64,000 nucleotides of DNA. It comes from Eledone cirrhosa. Taxonomy: Eukaryota. Below, one piece after another: positions 30,001 through 45,000 of this stretch (position 1 is the stretch's first letter; every line of letters starts with the position of its first letter). The stretch is from positions 744,001 through 808,000 of the forward strand of contig CAXHJY010000105.1 in NCBI GenBank assembly GCA_964016885.1, written 5' to 3'. A program made the position numbers and the translations under genes. Below the pieces are notes generated by a model. The model worked only from the letters and a program-made list of their open reading frames with translations. It searched no databases and was not told where the DNA came from.

Positions 30001-33000
30001 CAAGTGATGTGTGACAACTGTTTGTGGACAGTTGATACCAGGACATCACCTCCAACAAGTGATGTGTGACAACTGTTTGTGGACAGTTGATACCAGGACA
30101 TCACCAGTAACAAGTGATGTGTGACAACTGTTTGTGGACAGTTGATACCAGGACATCACCTCCAACAAGTGATGTGTGACAACTGTTTGTGGACAGTTGA
30201 TACCAGGACATCACCTCCAACAAGTGATGTGTGACAACTGTTTGTGGACAGTTGATACCAGGACATCACCAGTAACAAGTGATGTGTGACAACTGTTTGT
30301 GGACAGTTGATACCAGGACATCACCTCCAACAAGTGATGTGTGACAACTGTTTGTGGACAGTTGATACCAGGACATCACCAGCAACAAGTGATGTGTGAC
30401 AACTGTTTGTGGACAGTTGATACCAGGACATCACCTCCAACAAGTGATGTGTGACAACTGTTTGTGGACAGTTGATACCAGGACATCACCTCCAACAAGT
30501 GATGTGTGACAACTGTTTGTGGACAGTTGATACCAGGACATCACCTCCAACAAGTGATGTGTGACAACTGTTTGTGGACAGTTGATACCAGGACATCACC
30601 TCCAACAAGTGATGTGTGACAAGTGTTTGTGGACAGTTGGTACCAGGACATCACCACCAACAAATGATGTGTGACAAGTGTTTGTGGACAGTTGATACCA
30701 GGACATCACCTCCAACAAGTGATGTGTGACAAGTGTTTGTGGACAGTTGATACTAGGACATCACCAGCAACAAGTGATGTGTGACAAGTGTTTGTGGACA
30801 GTTGATACCAGGACATCACCACCAACAAATGTGTGACAAGTCATACCAGGACATCACCACCAACAAATGATGTGTGACAAGTGTTTGTGGACAGTTGATA
30901 CCAGGACATCACCTCCAACAAGTGATGTGTGACAACTGTTTGTGGACAGTTGATACCAGGACATCACCACCAACAAATGATGTGTGACAACTGTTTGTGG
31001 ACAGTTGATACCAGGACATCACCTCCAACAAGTGATGTGTGACAACTGTTTGTGGACAGTTGATACCAGGACATCACCACCAACAAATGATGTGTGACAA
31101 CTGTTTGTGGACAGTTGATACCAGGACATCACCTCCAACAAATGATGTGTGACAAGTGTTTGTGCACAGTTGATACCAGGACATCACCACCAACAAATGT
31201 GTGACAAGTGATACCAGGACATCACCACCAACAAATGATGTGTGACAAGTGTTTGTGGACAGTTGATACCAGGACATCACCTCCAACAAGTGATGTGTGA
31301 CAAGTGTTTGTGGACAGTTGATACCAGGACATCACCAGCAACAAGTGATGTGTGACAAGTGTTTGTGGACAGTTGATACCAGGACATCACCAGCAACAAG
31401 TGATGTGTGACAACTGTTTGTGGACAGTTGATACCAGCACATCACCACCAACAAATGTGTGACAAGTGATACCAGGATATCACCACCAACAAATGATGTG
31501 TGACAAGTGTTTGTGGACAGTTGATACCAGGACATCACCTCCAACAAGTGATGTGTGACAAGTGTTTGTAGACAGTTGATACCAGGACATCACCAGCAAC
31601 AAGTGATGTGTGACAAGTGTTTGTGGACAGTTGATACCAGGACATCACCACCAGCAAATGATGTGTGACAACTGTTTGTGGACAGTTGATACCAGGACAT
31701 GACCTCCAACAAGTGATGTGTGACAACTGTTTGTGGACAGTTGATACCAGGACATCACCTCCAACAAGTGATGTGTGACAACTGTTTGTGGACAGTTGAT
31801 ACCAGTACATCACCACCAACAAATGATGTGTGACAACTGTTTGTGGACAGTTGATACCAGGACATCACCTCCAACAAATGATGTGTGACAAGTGTTTGTG
31901 GACAGTTGATACCAGGACATCACCAGCAACAAGTGATGTGTGACAACTGTTTGTGGACAGTTGAAACCAGGACATCACCTCCAACAAGTGGTGTGTGACA
32001 ACTGTTTGTGGACAGTTGATACCAGGACATCACCAGCAACAAGTGATGTGTGACAACTGTTTGTGGACAGTTGATACCAGGACATCACCTCCAACAGGTG
32101 ATGTGTGACAACTGTTTGTGGACAGTTGATACCAGGACATCACCTCCAACAAGTGATGTGTGACAACTGTTTGTGGACAGTTGATACCAGGACATCACCT
32201 CCAACAAGTGATGTGTGACAACTGTTTGTGGACAGTTGATACCAGGACATCACCTCCAACAAGTGATGTGTGACAACTGTTTGTGGACAGTTGATACCAG
32301 GACATCACCTCCAACAAGTGATGTGTGACAAGTGTTTGTGGACAGTTGATACCAGGACATCACCTCCAACAAGTGATGTGTGACAACTGTTTGTGGACAC
32401 TTGATACCAGCACATCAGCTCCAACAAGTGATGTGTGACAACTGTTTGTGGACAGTTGATACCAGGACATCACCTCCAACAAGTGATGTGTGACAACTGT
32501 TTGTGGACAGTTGATACCAGGACATCACCTCCAACAAGTGATGTGTGACAACTGTTTGTGGACAGTTGATACCAGGACATCACCTCCAACAAGTGATGTG
32601 TGACAAGTGTTTGTGGACAGTTGATACCAGGACATCACCTCCAACAAGTGATGTGTGACAACTGTTTGTGGACAGTTGATACCAGGACATCACCTCCAAC
32701 AAGTGATGTGTGACAACTGTTTGTGGACAGTTGATACCAGGACATCACCTCCAACAAGTGATGTGTGACAAGTGTTTGTGGACAGTTGATACCAGGACAT
32801 CACCTCCAACAAGTGATGTGTGACAACTGTTTGTGGACAGTTGATACCAGCACATCAGCTCCAACAAGTGATGTGTGACAAGTGTTTGTGGACAGTTGAT
32901 ACTAGGACATCACCTCCAACAAGTGATGTGTGACAAGTGTTTGTGGACAGTTGATACCAGGACATCACCTCCAACAAGTGATCTGTGACAACTGTTTGTG

Positions 33001-36000
33001 GATAGTTGATGCCAGGACATCACCAGCAACAAGTGATGTGTGACAACTGTTTGTGGACAGTTGATACCAGGACATCACCTCCAACAAGTGATGTGTGACA
33101 ACTGTTTGTGGACAGTTGATACCAGGACATCACCTCCAACAAGTGATGTGTGACAACTGTTTGTGGACAGTTGATACCAGGACATCACCTCCAACAAGTG
33201 ATGTGTGACAACTGTTTGTGGACAGTTGATACCAGGACATCACCTCCAACAAGTGATGTGTGACAACTGTTTGTGGACAGTTGATACCAGGACATCACCT
33301 CCAACAAGTGATGTGTGACAAGTGTTTGTGGACAGTTGATACTAGGACATCACCTCCAACAAGTGATGTGTGACAAGTGTTTGTGGACAGTTGATACCAG
33401 GACATCACCTCCAACAAGTGATGTGTGACAAGTGTTTGTGGACAGTTGATGCCAGGACATCACCTCCAACAAGTGATGTGTGACAACTGTTTGTGGACAG
33501 TTGATACCAGGACATCACCTCCAACAAGTGATGTGTGACAACTGTTTGTGGACAGTTGATACCAGTACATCACCTCCAACAAGTGATGTGTGACAACTGT
33601 TTGTGGACAGTTGATACCAGGACATCACCAGTAACAAGTGATGTGTGACAACTGTTTGTGGACAGTTGATACCAGGACATCACCTCCAACAAGTGATGTG
33701 TGACAACTGTTTGTGGACAGTTGATACCAGGACATCACCAGCAACAAGTGATGTGTGACAAGTGTTTGTGGACAGTTGGTACCAGGACATCACCACCAAC
33801 AAATGATGTGTGACAAGTGTTTGTGGACAGTTGATACCAGGACATCACCTCCAACAAGTGATGTGTGACAAGTGTTTGTGGACAGTTGATACTAGGACAT
33901 CACCAGCAACAAGTGATGTGTGACAAGTGTTTGTGGACAGTTGATACCAGGACATCACCACCAACAAGTGATGTGTGACAACTGTTTGTGGACAGTTGAT
34001 ACCAGGACATCACCACCAACAAATGATGTGTGACAACTGTTTGTGGACAGTTGATACCAGGACATCACCTCCAACAAGTGATGTGTGACAACTGTTTGTG
34101 GACAGTTGATACCAGGACATCACCACCAACAAATGATGTGTGACAACTGTTTGTGGACAGTTGATACCAGGACATCACCTCCAACAAATGATGTGTGACA
34201 AGTGTTTGTGGACAGTTGATACCAGGACATCACCACCAACAAATGTGTGACAAGTGATACCAGGACATCACCACCAACAAATGATGTGTGACAAGTGTTT
34301 GTGGACAGTTGATACCAGGACATCACCAGCAACAAGTGATGTGTGACAAGTGTTTGTGGACAGTTGATACCAGGACATCACCAGCAACAAGTGATGTGTG
34401 ACAACTGTTTGTGGACAGTTGAAACCAGGACATCACCTCCAACAAGTGATGTGTGACAACTGTTTGTGGACAGTTGATACCAGGACATCACCAGCAACAA
34501 GTGATGTGTGACAACTGTTTGTGGACAGTTGATACCAGGACATCACCACCAACAAGTGATGTGTGACAACTGTTTGTGGACAGTTGATACCAGGACATCA
34601 CCTCCAACAAGTGATGTGTGACAACTGTTTGTGGACAGTTGATACCAGGACATCACCTCCAACAAGTGATGTGTGACAACTGTTTGTGGACAGTTGATAC
34701 CAGGACATCAGCTCCAACAAGTGATGTGTGACAAGTGTTTGTGGACAGTTGATACTAGGACATCACCTCCAACAAGTGATGTGTGACAAGTGTTTGTGGA
34801 CAGTTGATACCAGGACATCGCCTCCAACAAGTGATGTGTGACAACTGTTTGTGGACAGTTGATACCAGGACATCACCACCAACAAGTGATGTGTGACAAC
34901 TGTTTGTGGACAGTTGATACCAGGACATCACCTCCAACAAGTGATGTGTGACAACTGTTTGTGGACAGTTGATACCAGGACATCACCAGCAACAAGTGAT
35001 GTGTGACAACTGTTTGTGGACAGTTGATACCAGGACATCACCAGTAACAAGTGATGTGTGACAACTGTTTGTGGACAGTTGATACCAGGACATCACCTCC
35101 AACAAGTGATGTGTGACAACTGTTTGTGGACAGTTGATACCAGGACATCACCAGCAACAAGTGATGTGTGACAAGTGTTTGTGGACAGTTGGTACCAGGA
35201 CATCACCACCAACAAATGATGTGTGACAAGTGTTTGTGGACAGTTGATACCAGGACATCACCTCCAACAAGTGATGTGTGACAAGTGTTTGTGGACAGTT
35301 GATACTAGGACATCACCAGCAACAAGTGATGTGTGACAAATGTTTGTGGACAGTTGATACCAGGACATCACCACCAACAAATGTGTGACAAGTCATACCA
35401 GGACATCACCACCAACAAATGATGTGTGACAAGTGTTTGTGGACAGTTGATACCAGGACATCACCTCCAACAAGTGATGTGTGACAACTGTTTGTGGACA
35501 GTTGATACCAGGACATCACCACCAACAAATGATGTGTGACAACTGTTTGTGGACAGTTGATACCAGGACATCACCTCCAACAAGTGATGTGTGACAACTG
35601 TTTGTGGACAGTTGATACCAGGACATCACCACCAACAAATGATGTGTGACAACTGTTTGTGGACAGTTGATACCAGGACATCACCTCCAACAAATGATGT
35701 GTGACAAGTGTTTGTGGACAGTTGATACCAGGACATCACCACCAACAAATGTGTGACAAGTGATACCAGGACATCACCACCAACAAATGATGTGTGACAA
35801 GTGTTTGTGGACAGTTGATACCAGGACATCACCTCCAACAAGTGATGTGTGACAAGTGTTTGTGGACAGTTGATACCAGGACATCACCAGCAACAAGTGA
35901 TGTGTGACAAGTGTTTGTGGACAGTTGATACCAGGACATCACCACCAGCAAATGATGTGTGACAACTGTTTGTGGACAGTTGATACCAGGACATCACCTC

Positions 36001-39000
36001 CAACAAGTGATGTGTGACAACTGTTTGTGGACAGTTGATACCAGTACATCACCACCAACAAATGATGTGTGACAACTGTTTGTGGACAGTTGATACCAGG
36101 ACATCACCTCCAACAAATGATGTGTGACAAGTGTTTGTGGACAGTTGATACCAGGACATCACCAGCAACAAGTGATGTGTGACAACTGTTTGTGGACAGT
36201 TGAAACCAAGACATCACCGCCAACAAGTGATGTGTGACAACTGTTTGTGGACAGTTGATACCAGGACATCACCAGCAACAAGTGATGTGTGACAACTGTT
36301 TGTGGACAGTTGATACCAGGACATCACCACCAACAAGTGATGTGTGACAACTGTTTGTGGACAGTTGATACCAGGGCATCACCTCCAACAAGTGATGTGT
36401 GACAACTGTTTGTGGACAGTTGAAACCAGGACATCACCTCCAACAAGTGATGTGTGACAACTGTTTGTGGACAGTTGATACCAGGACATCACCTCCAACA
36501 AGTGATGTGTGACAACTGTTTGTGGACAGTTGATACCAGTACATCACCACCAACAAGTGATGTGTGACAACTGTTTGTGGACAGTTGATACCAGGACATC
36601 ACCTCCAACAAGTGATGTGTGACAACTGTTTGTGGACAGTTGATACCAGTACATCACCACCAACAAGTGATGTGTGACAACTGTTTGTGGACAGTTGATA
36701 CCAGGGCATCACCTCCAACAAGTGATGTGTGACAACTGTTTGTGGACAGTTGATACCAGGACATCACCAGTAACAAGTGATGTGTGACAACTGTTTGTAG
36801 ACAGTTGATACCAGGACATCACCTCCAACAAGTGATGTGTGACAACTGTTTGTGGACAGTTGATACCAGTACATCACCACCAACAAGTGATGTGTGACAA
36901 CTGTTTGTGGACAGTTGATACCAGGACATCACCTCCAACAAGTGATGTGTGACAACTGTTTGTGGACAGTTGATACCAGTACATCACCACCAACAAGTGA
37001 TGTGTGACAACTGTTTGTGGACAGTTGATACCAGGGCATCACCTCCAACAAGTGATGTGTGACAAGTGTTTGTGGACAGTTGATACCAGGACATCACCAG
37101 TAACAAGTGATGTGTGACAACTGTTTGTAGACAGTTGATACCAGGACATCACCTCCAACAAGTGATGTGTGACAACTGTTTGTGGACAGTTGATAACAGG
37201 ACATCACCTCCAACAAGTGATGTGTGACAAGTGTTTGTGGACAGTTGATACCAGGACATCACCTCCAACAAATGATGTGTGACAACTGTTTGTGGACAGT
37301 TGATACCAGGACATCACCACCAACAGATGATGTGTGACAAGTGTTTGTGGACAGTTGATACCAGGACATCACCTCCAACAAGTGATGTGTGACAACTGTT
37401 TGTGGACAGTTGATACCAGGACATCACCTCCAACAAGTGATGTGTGACAAGTGTTTGTGGACAGTTGATACCAGGACATCACCTCCAACAAGTGATGTGT
37501 GACAACTGTTTGTGGACAGTTGATACCAGGACATCACCACCAACAAATGATGTGTGACAACTGTTTGTGGACAGTTGATACCAGGACATCACCTCCAACA
37601 AGTGATGTGTGACAACTGTTTGTGGACAGTTGATACCAGGACATCACCACCAACAAATGATGTGTGACAACTGTTTGTGGACAGTTGATACCAGGACATC
37701 ACCTCCAACAAATGATGTGTGACAAGTGTTTGTGGACAGTTGATACCAGGACATCACCACCAACAAATGTGTGACAAGTGATACCAGGACATCACCACCA
37801 ACAAATGATGTGTGACAAGTGTTTGTGGACAGTTGATACCAGGACATCACCTCCAACAAGTGATGTGTGACAAGTGTTTGTGGACAGTTGATACCAGGAC
37901 ATCACCAGCAACAAGTGATGTGTGACAAGTGTTTGTGGACAGTTGATACCAGGACATCACCACCAGCAAATGATGTGTGACAACTGTTTGTGGACAGTTG
38001 ATACCAGGACATCACCTCCAACAAGTGATGTGTGACAACTGTTTGTGGACAGTTGATACCAGTACATCACCACCAACAAATGATGTGTGACAACTGTTTG
38101 TGGACAGTTGATACCAGGACATCACCTCCAACAAATGATGTGTGACAAGTGTTTGTGGACAGTTGATACCAGGACATCACCAGCAACAAGTGATGTGTGA
38201 CAACTGTTTGTGGACAGTTGAAACCAAGACATCACCGCCAACAAGTGATGTGTGACAACTGTTTGTGGACAGTTGATACCAGGACATCACCAGCAACAAG
38301 TGATGTGTGACAACTGTTTGTGGACAGTTGATACCAGGACATCACCACCAACAAGTGATGTGTGACAACTGTTTGTGGACAGTTGATACCAGGGCATCAC
38401 CTCCAACAAGTGAAGTGTGACAACTGTTTGTGGACAGTTGAAACCAGGACATCACCTCCAACAAGTGATGTGTGACAACTGTTTGTGGACAGTTGAAACC
38501 AGGACATCACCTCCAACAAGTGATGTGTGACAAGTGTTTGTGGACAGTTGATACCAGGGCATCACCTCCAACAAGTGATGTGTGACAACTGTTTGTGGAC
38601 AGTTGATACCAGGACATCACCTCCAACAAGTGATGTGTGACAAGTGTTTGTGGACAGTTGATACCAGGACATCACCTCCAACAAGTGATGTGTGACAAAT
38701 GTTTGTGGACAGTTGATACCAGGACATCACCTCCAACAAGTGATGTGTGACAAGTGTTTGTGGACAGTTGATACCAGGACAGGACATCACCTCCAACAAG
38801 TGATGTGTGACAACTGTTTGTGGACAGTTGATACCAGGACATCAGCTCCAACAAGTGATGCGTGACAACGGTTTGTGGACAGTTGACACCAGGACATCAC
38901 CTCCAACAAATGATGTGTGACAAGTGTTTGTGGACAGTTGATATCAGGACATCACCACCAACAAGTGATGTGTGACAACTGTTTGTGGACAGTTGATACC

Positions 39001-42000
39001 AGGACATCACCACCAGCAAATGATGTGTGACAAGTGTTTGTGGACAGTTGATACCAGGACATCACCTCCAACAAGTGATGTGTGACAAGTGTTTGTGGAC
39101 AGTTGATACCAGGACATCACCACCAACAAGTGATGTGTGACAACTGTTTGTGGACAGTTGATACCAGGACATCACCACCAGCAAATGATGTGTGACAACT
39201 GTTTGTGGACAGTTGATACCAGGACATCACCAGTAACAAGTGATGTGTGACAACTGTTTGTGGACAGTTGATACCAGGACATCACCAGTAACAAGTGATG
39301 TGTGACAACTGTTTGTGGACAGTTGATACCAGGACATCACCAGTAACAAGTGATGTGTGACAACTGTTTGTGGACAGTTGATACCAGGACATCACCAGTA
39401 ACAAGTGATGTGTGACAACTGTTTGTGGACAGTTGATACCAGGACATCACCAGTAACAAGTGATGTGTGACAACTGTTTGTGGACAGTTGATACCAGGAC
39501 ATCACCTCCAACAAGTGATGTGTGACAACTGTTTGTGGACAGTTGATAACAGGACATCACCTCCAACAAGTGATGTGTGACAAGTGTTTGTGGACAGTTG
39601 ATACCAGGACATCACCTCCAACAAATGATGTGTGACAACTGTTTGTGGACAGTTGATACCAGGACATCACCACCAACAGATGATGTGTGACAAGTGTTTG
39701 TGGACAGTTGATACCAGGACATCACCTCCAACAAGTGATGTGTGACAACTGTTTGTGGACAGTTGATACCAGGACATCACCTCCAACAAGTGATGTGTGA
39801 CAAGTGTTTGTGGACAGTTGATACCAGGACATCACCTCCAACAAATGATGTATGACAACTGTTTGTTGACAGTTGATACCAGGACATCACCTCCAACAAG
39901 TGATGTGTGACAACTGTTTGTGGACAGTTGATACCAGGACATCACCACCAACAAATGTGTGACAAGTCATACCAGGACATCACCACCAACAAATGATGTG
40001 TGACAAGTGTTTGTGGACAGTTGATACCAGGACATCACCTCCAACAAGTGATGTGTGACAACTGTTTGTGGACAGTTGATACCAGGACATCACCACCAAC
40101 AAATGATGTGTGACAACTGTTTGTGGACAGTTGATACCAGGACATCACCTCCAACAAGTGATGTGTGACAACTGTTTGTGGACAGTTGATACCAGGACAT
40201 CACCACCAACAAATGATGTGTGACAACTGTTTGTGGACAGTTGATACCAGGACATCACCTCCAACAAATGATGTGTGACAAGTGTTTGTGGACAGTTGAT
40301 ACCAGGACATCACCACCAACAAATGTGTGACAAGTGATACCAGGACATCACCACCAACAAATGATGTGTGACAAGTGTTTGTGGACAGTTGATACCAGGA
40401 CATCACCTCCAACAAGTGATGTGTGACAAGTGTTTGTGGACAGTTGATACCAGGACATCACCAGCAACAAGTGATGTGTGACAAGTGTTTGTGGACAGTT
40501 GATACCAGGACATCACCACCAGCAAATGATGTGTGACAACTGTTTGTGGACAGTTGATACCAGGACATCACCTCCAACAAGTGATGTGTGACAACTGTTT
40601 GTGGACAGTTGATACCAGTACATCACCACCAACAAATGATGTGTGACAACTGTTTGTGGACAGTTGATACCAGGACATCACCTCCAACAAATGATGTGTG
40701 ACAAGTGTTTGTGGACAGTTGATACCAGGACATCACCAGCAACAAGTGATGTGTGACAACTGTTTGTGGACAGTTGAAACCAAGACATCACCGCCAACAA
40801 GTGATGTGTGACAACTGTTTGTGGACAGTTGATACCAGGACATCACCAGCAACAAGTGATGTGTGACAACTGTTTGTGGACAGTTGATACCAGGACATCA
40901 CCACCAACAAGTGATGTGTGACAACTGTTTGTGGACAGTTGATACCAGGGCATCACCTCCAACAAGTGATGTGTGACAACTGTTTGTGGACAGTTGAAAC
41001 CAGGACATCACCTCCAACAAGTGATGTGTGACAACTGTTTGTGGACAGTTGAAACCAGGACATCACCTCCAACAAGTGATGTGTGACAAGTGTTTGTGGA
41101 CAGTTGATACCAGGACATCACCTCCAACAAGTGATGTGTGACAACTGTTTGTGGACAGTTGATACCAGGACATCACCTCCAACAAGTGATGTGTGACAAC
41201 TGTTTGTGGACAGTTGATACCAGTACATCACCACCAACAAGTGATGTGTGACAACTGTTTGTGGACAGTTGATACCAGGACATCACCTCCAACAAGTGAT
41301 GTGTGACAACTGTTTGTGGACAGTTGATACCAGTACATCACCACCAACAAGTGATGTGTGACAACTGTTTGTGGACAGTTGATACCAGGGCATCACCTCC
41401 AACAAGTGATGTGTGACAACTGTTTGTGGACAGTTGATACCAGTACATCACCACCAACAAGTGATGTGTGACAACTGTTTGTGGACAGTTGATACCAGGA
41501 CATCACCTCCAACAAGTGATGTGTGACAACTGTTTGTGGACAGTTGATACCAGTACATCACCACCAACAAGTGATGTGTGACAACTGTTTGTGGACAGTT
41601 GATACCAGGACATCACCTCCAACAAGTGATGTGTGACAACTGTTTGTGGACAGTTGATACCAGTACATCACCACCAACAAGTGATGTGTGACAACTGTTT
41701 GTGGACAGTTGATACCAGGGCATCACCTCCAACAAGTGATGTGTGACAACTGTTTGTGGACAGTTGATACCAGGACATCACCAGTAACAAGTGATGTGTG
41801 ACAACTGTTTGTAGACAGTTGATACCAGGACATCACCTCCAACAAGTGATGTGTGACAACTGTTTGTGGACAGTTGATACCAGTACATCACCACCAACAA
41901 GTGATGTGTGACAACTGTTTGTGGACAGTTGATACCAGGACATCACCTCCAACAAGTGATGTGTGACAACTGTTTGTGGACAGTTGATACCAGTACATCA

Positions 42001-45000
42001 CCACCAACAAGTGATGTGTGACAACTGTTTGTGGACAGTTGATACCAGGGCATCACCTCCAACAAGTGATGTGTGACAAGTGTTTGTGGACAGTTGATAC
42101 CAGGACATCACCAGTAACAAGTGATGTGTGACAACTGTTTGTAGACAGTTGATACCAGGACATCACCTCCAACAAGTGATGTGTGACAACTGTTTGTGGA
42201 CAGTTGATAACAGGACATCACCTCCAACAAGTGATGTGTGACAAGTGTTTGTGGACAGTTGATACCAGGACATCACCTCCAACAAATGATGTGTGACAAC
42301 TGTTTGTGGACAGTTGATACCAGGACATCACCACCAACAGATGATGTGTGACAAGTGTTTGTGGACAGTTGATACCAGGACATCACCTCCAACAAGTGAT
42401 GTGTGACAACTGTTTGTGGACAGTTGATACCAGGACATCACCTCCAACAAGTGATGTGTGACAAGTGTTTGTGGACAGTTGATACCAGGACATCACCTCC
42501 AACAAGTGATGTGTGACAACTGTTTGTGGACAGTTGATACCAGGACATCACCACCAACAAATGATGTGTGACAACTGTTTGTGGACAGTTGATACCAGGA
42601 CATCACCTCCAACAAGTGATGTGTGACAACTGTTTGTGGACAGTTGATACCAGGACATCACCACCAACAAATGATGTGTGACAACTGTTTGTGGACAGTT
42701 GATACCAGGACATCACCTCCAACAAATGATGTGTGACAAGTGTTTGTGGACAGTTGATACCAGGACATCACCACCAACAAATGTGTGACAAGTGATACCA
42801 GGACATCACCACCAACAAATGATGTGTGACAAGTGTTTGTGGACAGTTGATACCAGGACATCACCTCCAACAAGTGATGTGTGACAAGTGTTTGTGGACA
42901 GTTGATACCAGGACATCACCAGCAACAAGTGATGTGTGACAAGTGTTTGTGGACAGTTGATACCAGGACATCACCACCAGCAAATGATGTGTGACAACTG
43001 TTTGTGGACAGTTGATACCAGGACATCACCTCCAACAAGTGATGTGTGACAACTGTTTGTGGACAGTTGATACCAGTACATCACCACCAACAAATGATGT
43101 GTGACAACTGTTTGTGGACAGTTGATACCAGGACATCACCTCCAACAAATGATGTGTGACAAGTGTTTGTGGACAGTTGATACCAGGACATCACCAGCAA
43201 CAAGTGATGTGTGACAACTGTTTGTGGACAGTTGAAACCAAGACATCACCGCCAACAAGTGATGTGTGACAACTGTTTGTGGACAGTTGATACCAGGACA
43301 TCACATGCAACAAGTGATGTGTGACAACTGTTTGTGGACAGTTGATACCAGGACATCACCACCAACAAGTGATGTGTGACAACTGTTTGTGGACAGTTGA
43401 TACCAGGGCATCACCTCCAACAAGTGAAGTGTGACAACTGTTTGTGGACAGTTGAAACCAGGACATCACCTCCAACAAGTGATGTGTGACAACTGTTTGT
43501 GGACAGTTGAAACCAGGACATCACCTCCAACAAGTGATGTGTGACAAGTGTTTGTGGACAGTTGATACCAGGGCATCACCTCCAACAAGTGATGTGTGAC
43601 AACTGTTTGTGGACAGTTGATACCAGGACATCACCTCCAACAAGTGATGTGTGACAAGTGTTTGTGGACAGTTGATACCAGGACATCACCTCCAACAAGT
43701 GATGTGTGACAAATGTTTGTGGACAGTTGATACCAGGACATCACCTCCAACAAGTGATGTGTGACAAGTGTTTGTGGACAGTTGATACCAGGACAGGACA
43801 TCACCTCCAACAAGTGATGTGTGACAACTGTTTGTGGACAGTTGATACCAGGACATCAGCTCCAACAAGTGATGCGTGACAACGGTTTGTGGACAGTTGA
43901 CACCAGGACATCACCTCCAACAAATGATGTGTGACAAGTGTTTGTGGACAGTTGATATCAGGACATCACCACCAACAAGTGATGTGTGACAACTGTTTGT
44001 GGACAGTTGATACCAGGACATCACCACCAGCAAATGATGTGTGACAAGTGTTTGTGGACAGTTGATACCAGGACATCACCTCCAACAAGTGATGTGTGAC
44101 AAGTGTTTGTGGACAGTTGATACCAGGACATCACCACCAACAAGTGATGTGTGACAACTGTTTGTGGACAGTTGATACCAGGACATCACCACCAGCAAAT
44201 GATGTGTGACAACTGTTTGTGGACAGTTGATACCAGGACATCACCAGTAACAAGTGATGTGTGACAACTGTTTGTGGACAGTTGATACCAGGACATCACC
44301 AGTAACAAGTGATGTGTGACAACTGTTTGTGGACAGTTGATACCAGGACATCACCAGTAACAAGTGATGTGTGACAACTGTTTGTGGACAGTTGATACCA
44401 GGACATCACCAGTAACAAGTGATGTGTGACAACTGTTTGTGGACAGTTGATACCAGGACATCACCAGTAACAAGTGATGTGTGACAACTGTTTGTGGACA
44501 GTTGATACCAGGACATCACCTCCAACAAGTGATGTGTGACAACTGTTTGTGGACAGTTGATAACAGGACATCACCTCCAACAAGTGATGTGTGACAAGTG
44601 TTTGTGGACAGTTGATACCAGGACATCACCTCCAACAAATGATGTGTGACAACTGTTTGTGGACAGTTGATACCAGGACATCACCACCAACAGATGATGT
44701 GTGACAAGTGTTTGTGGACAGTTGATACCAGGACATCACCTCCAACAAGTGATGTGTGACAACTGTTTGTGGACAGTTGATACCAGGACATCACCTCCAA
44801 CAAGTGATGTGTGACAAGTGTTTGTGGACAGTTGATACCAGGACATCACCTCCAACAAATGATGTATGACAACTGTTTGTTGACAGTTGATACCAGGACA
44901 TCACCTCCAACAAGTGATGTGTGACAACTGTTTGTGGACAGTTGATACTAGGACATCACCACCAACAAGTGATGTGTGACAAGTGTTTGTGGACAGTTGA

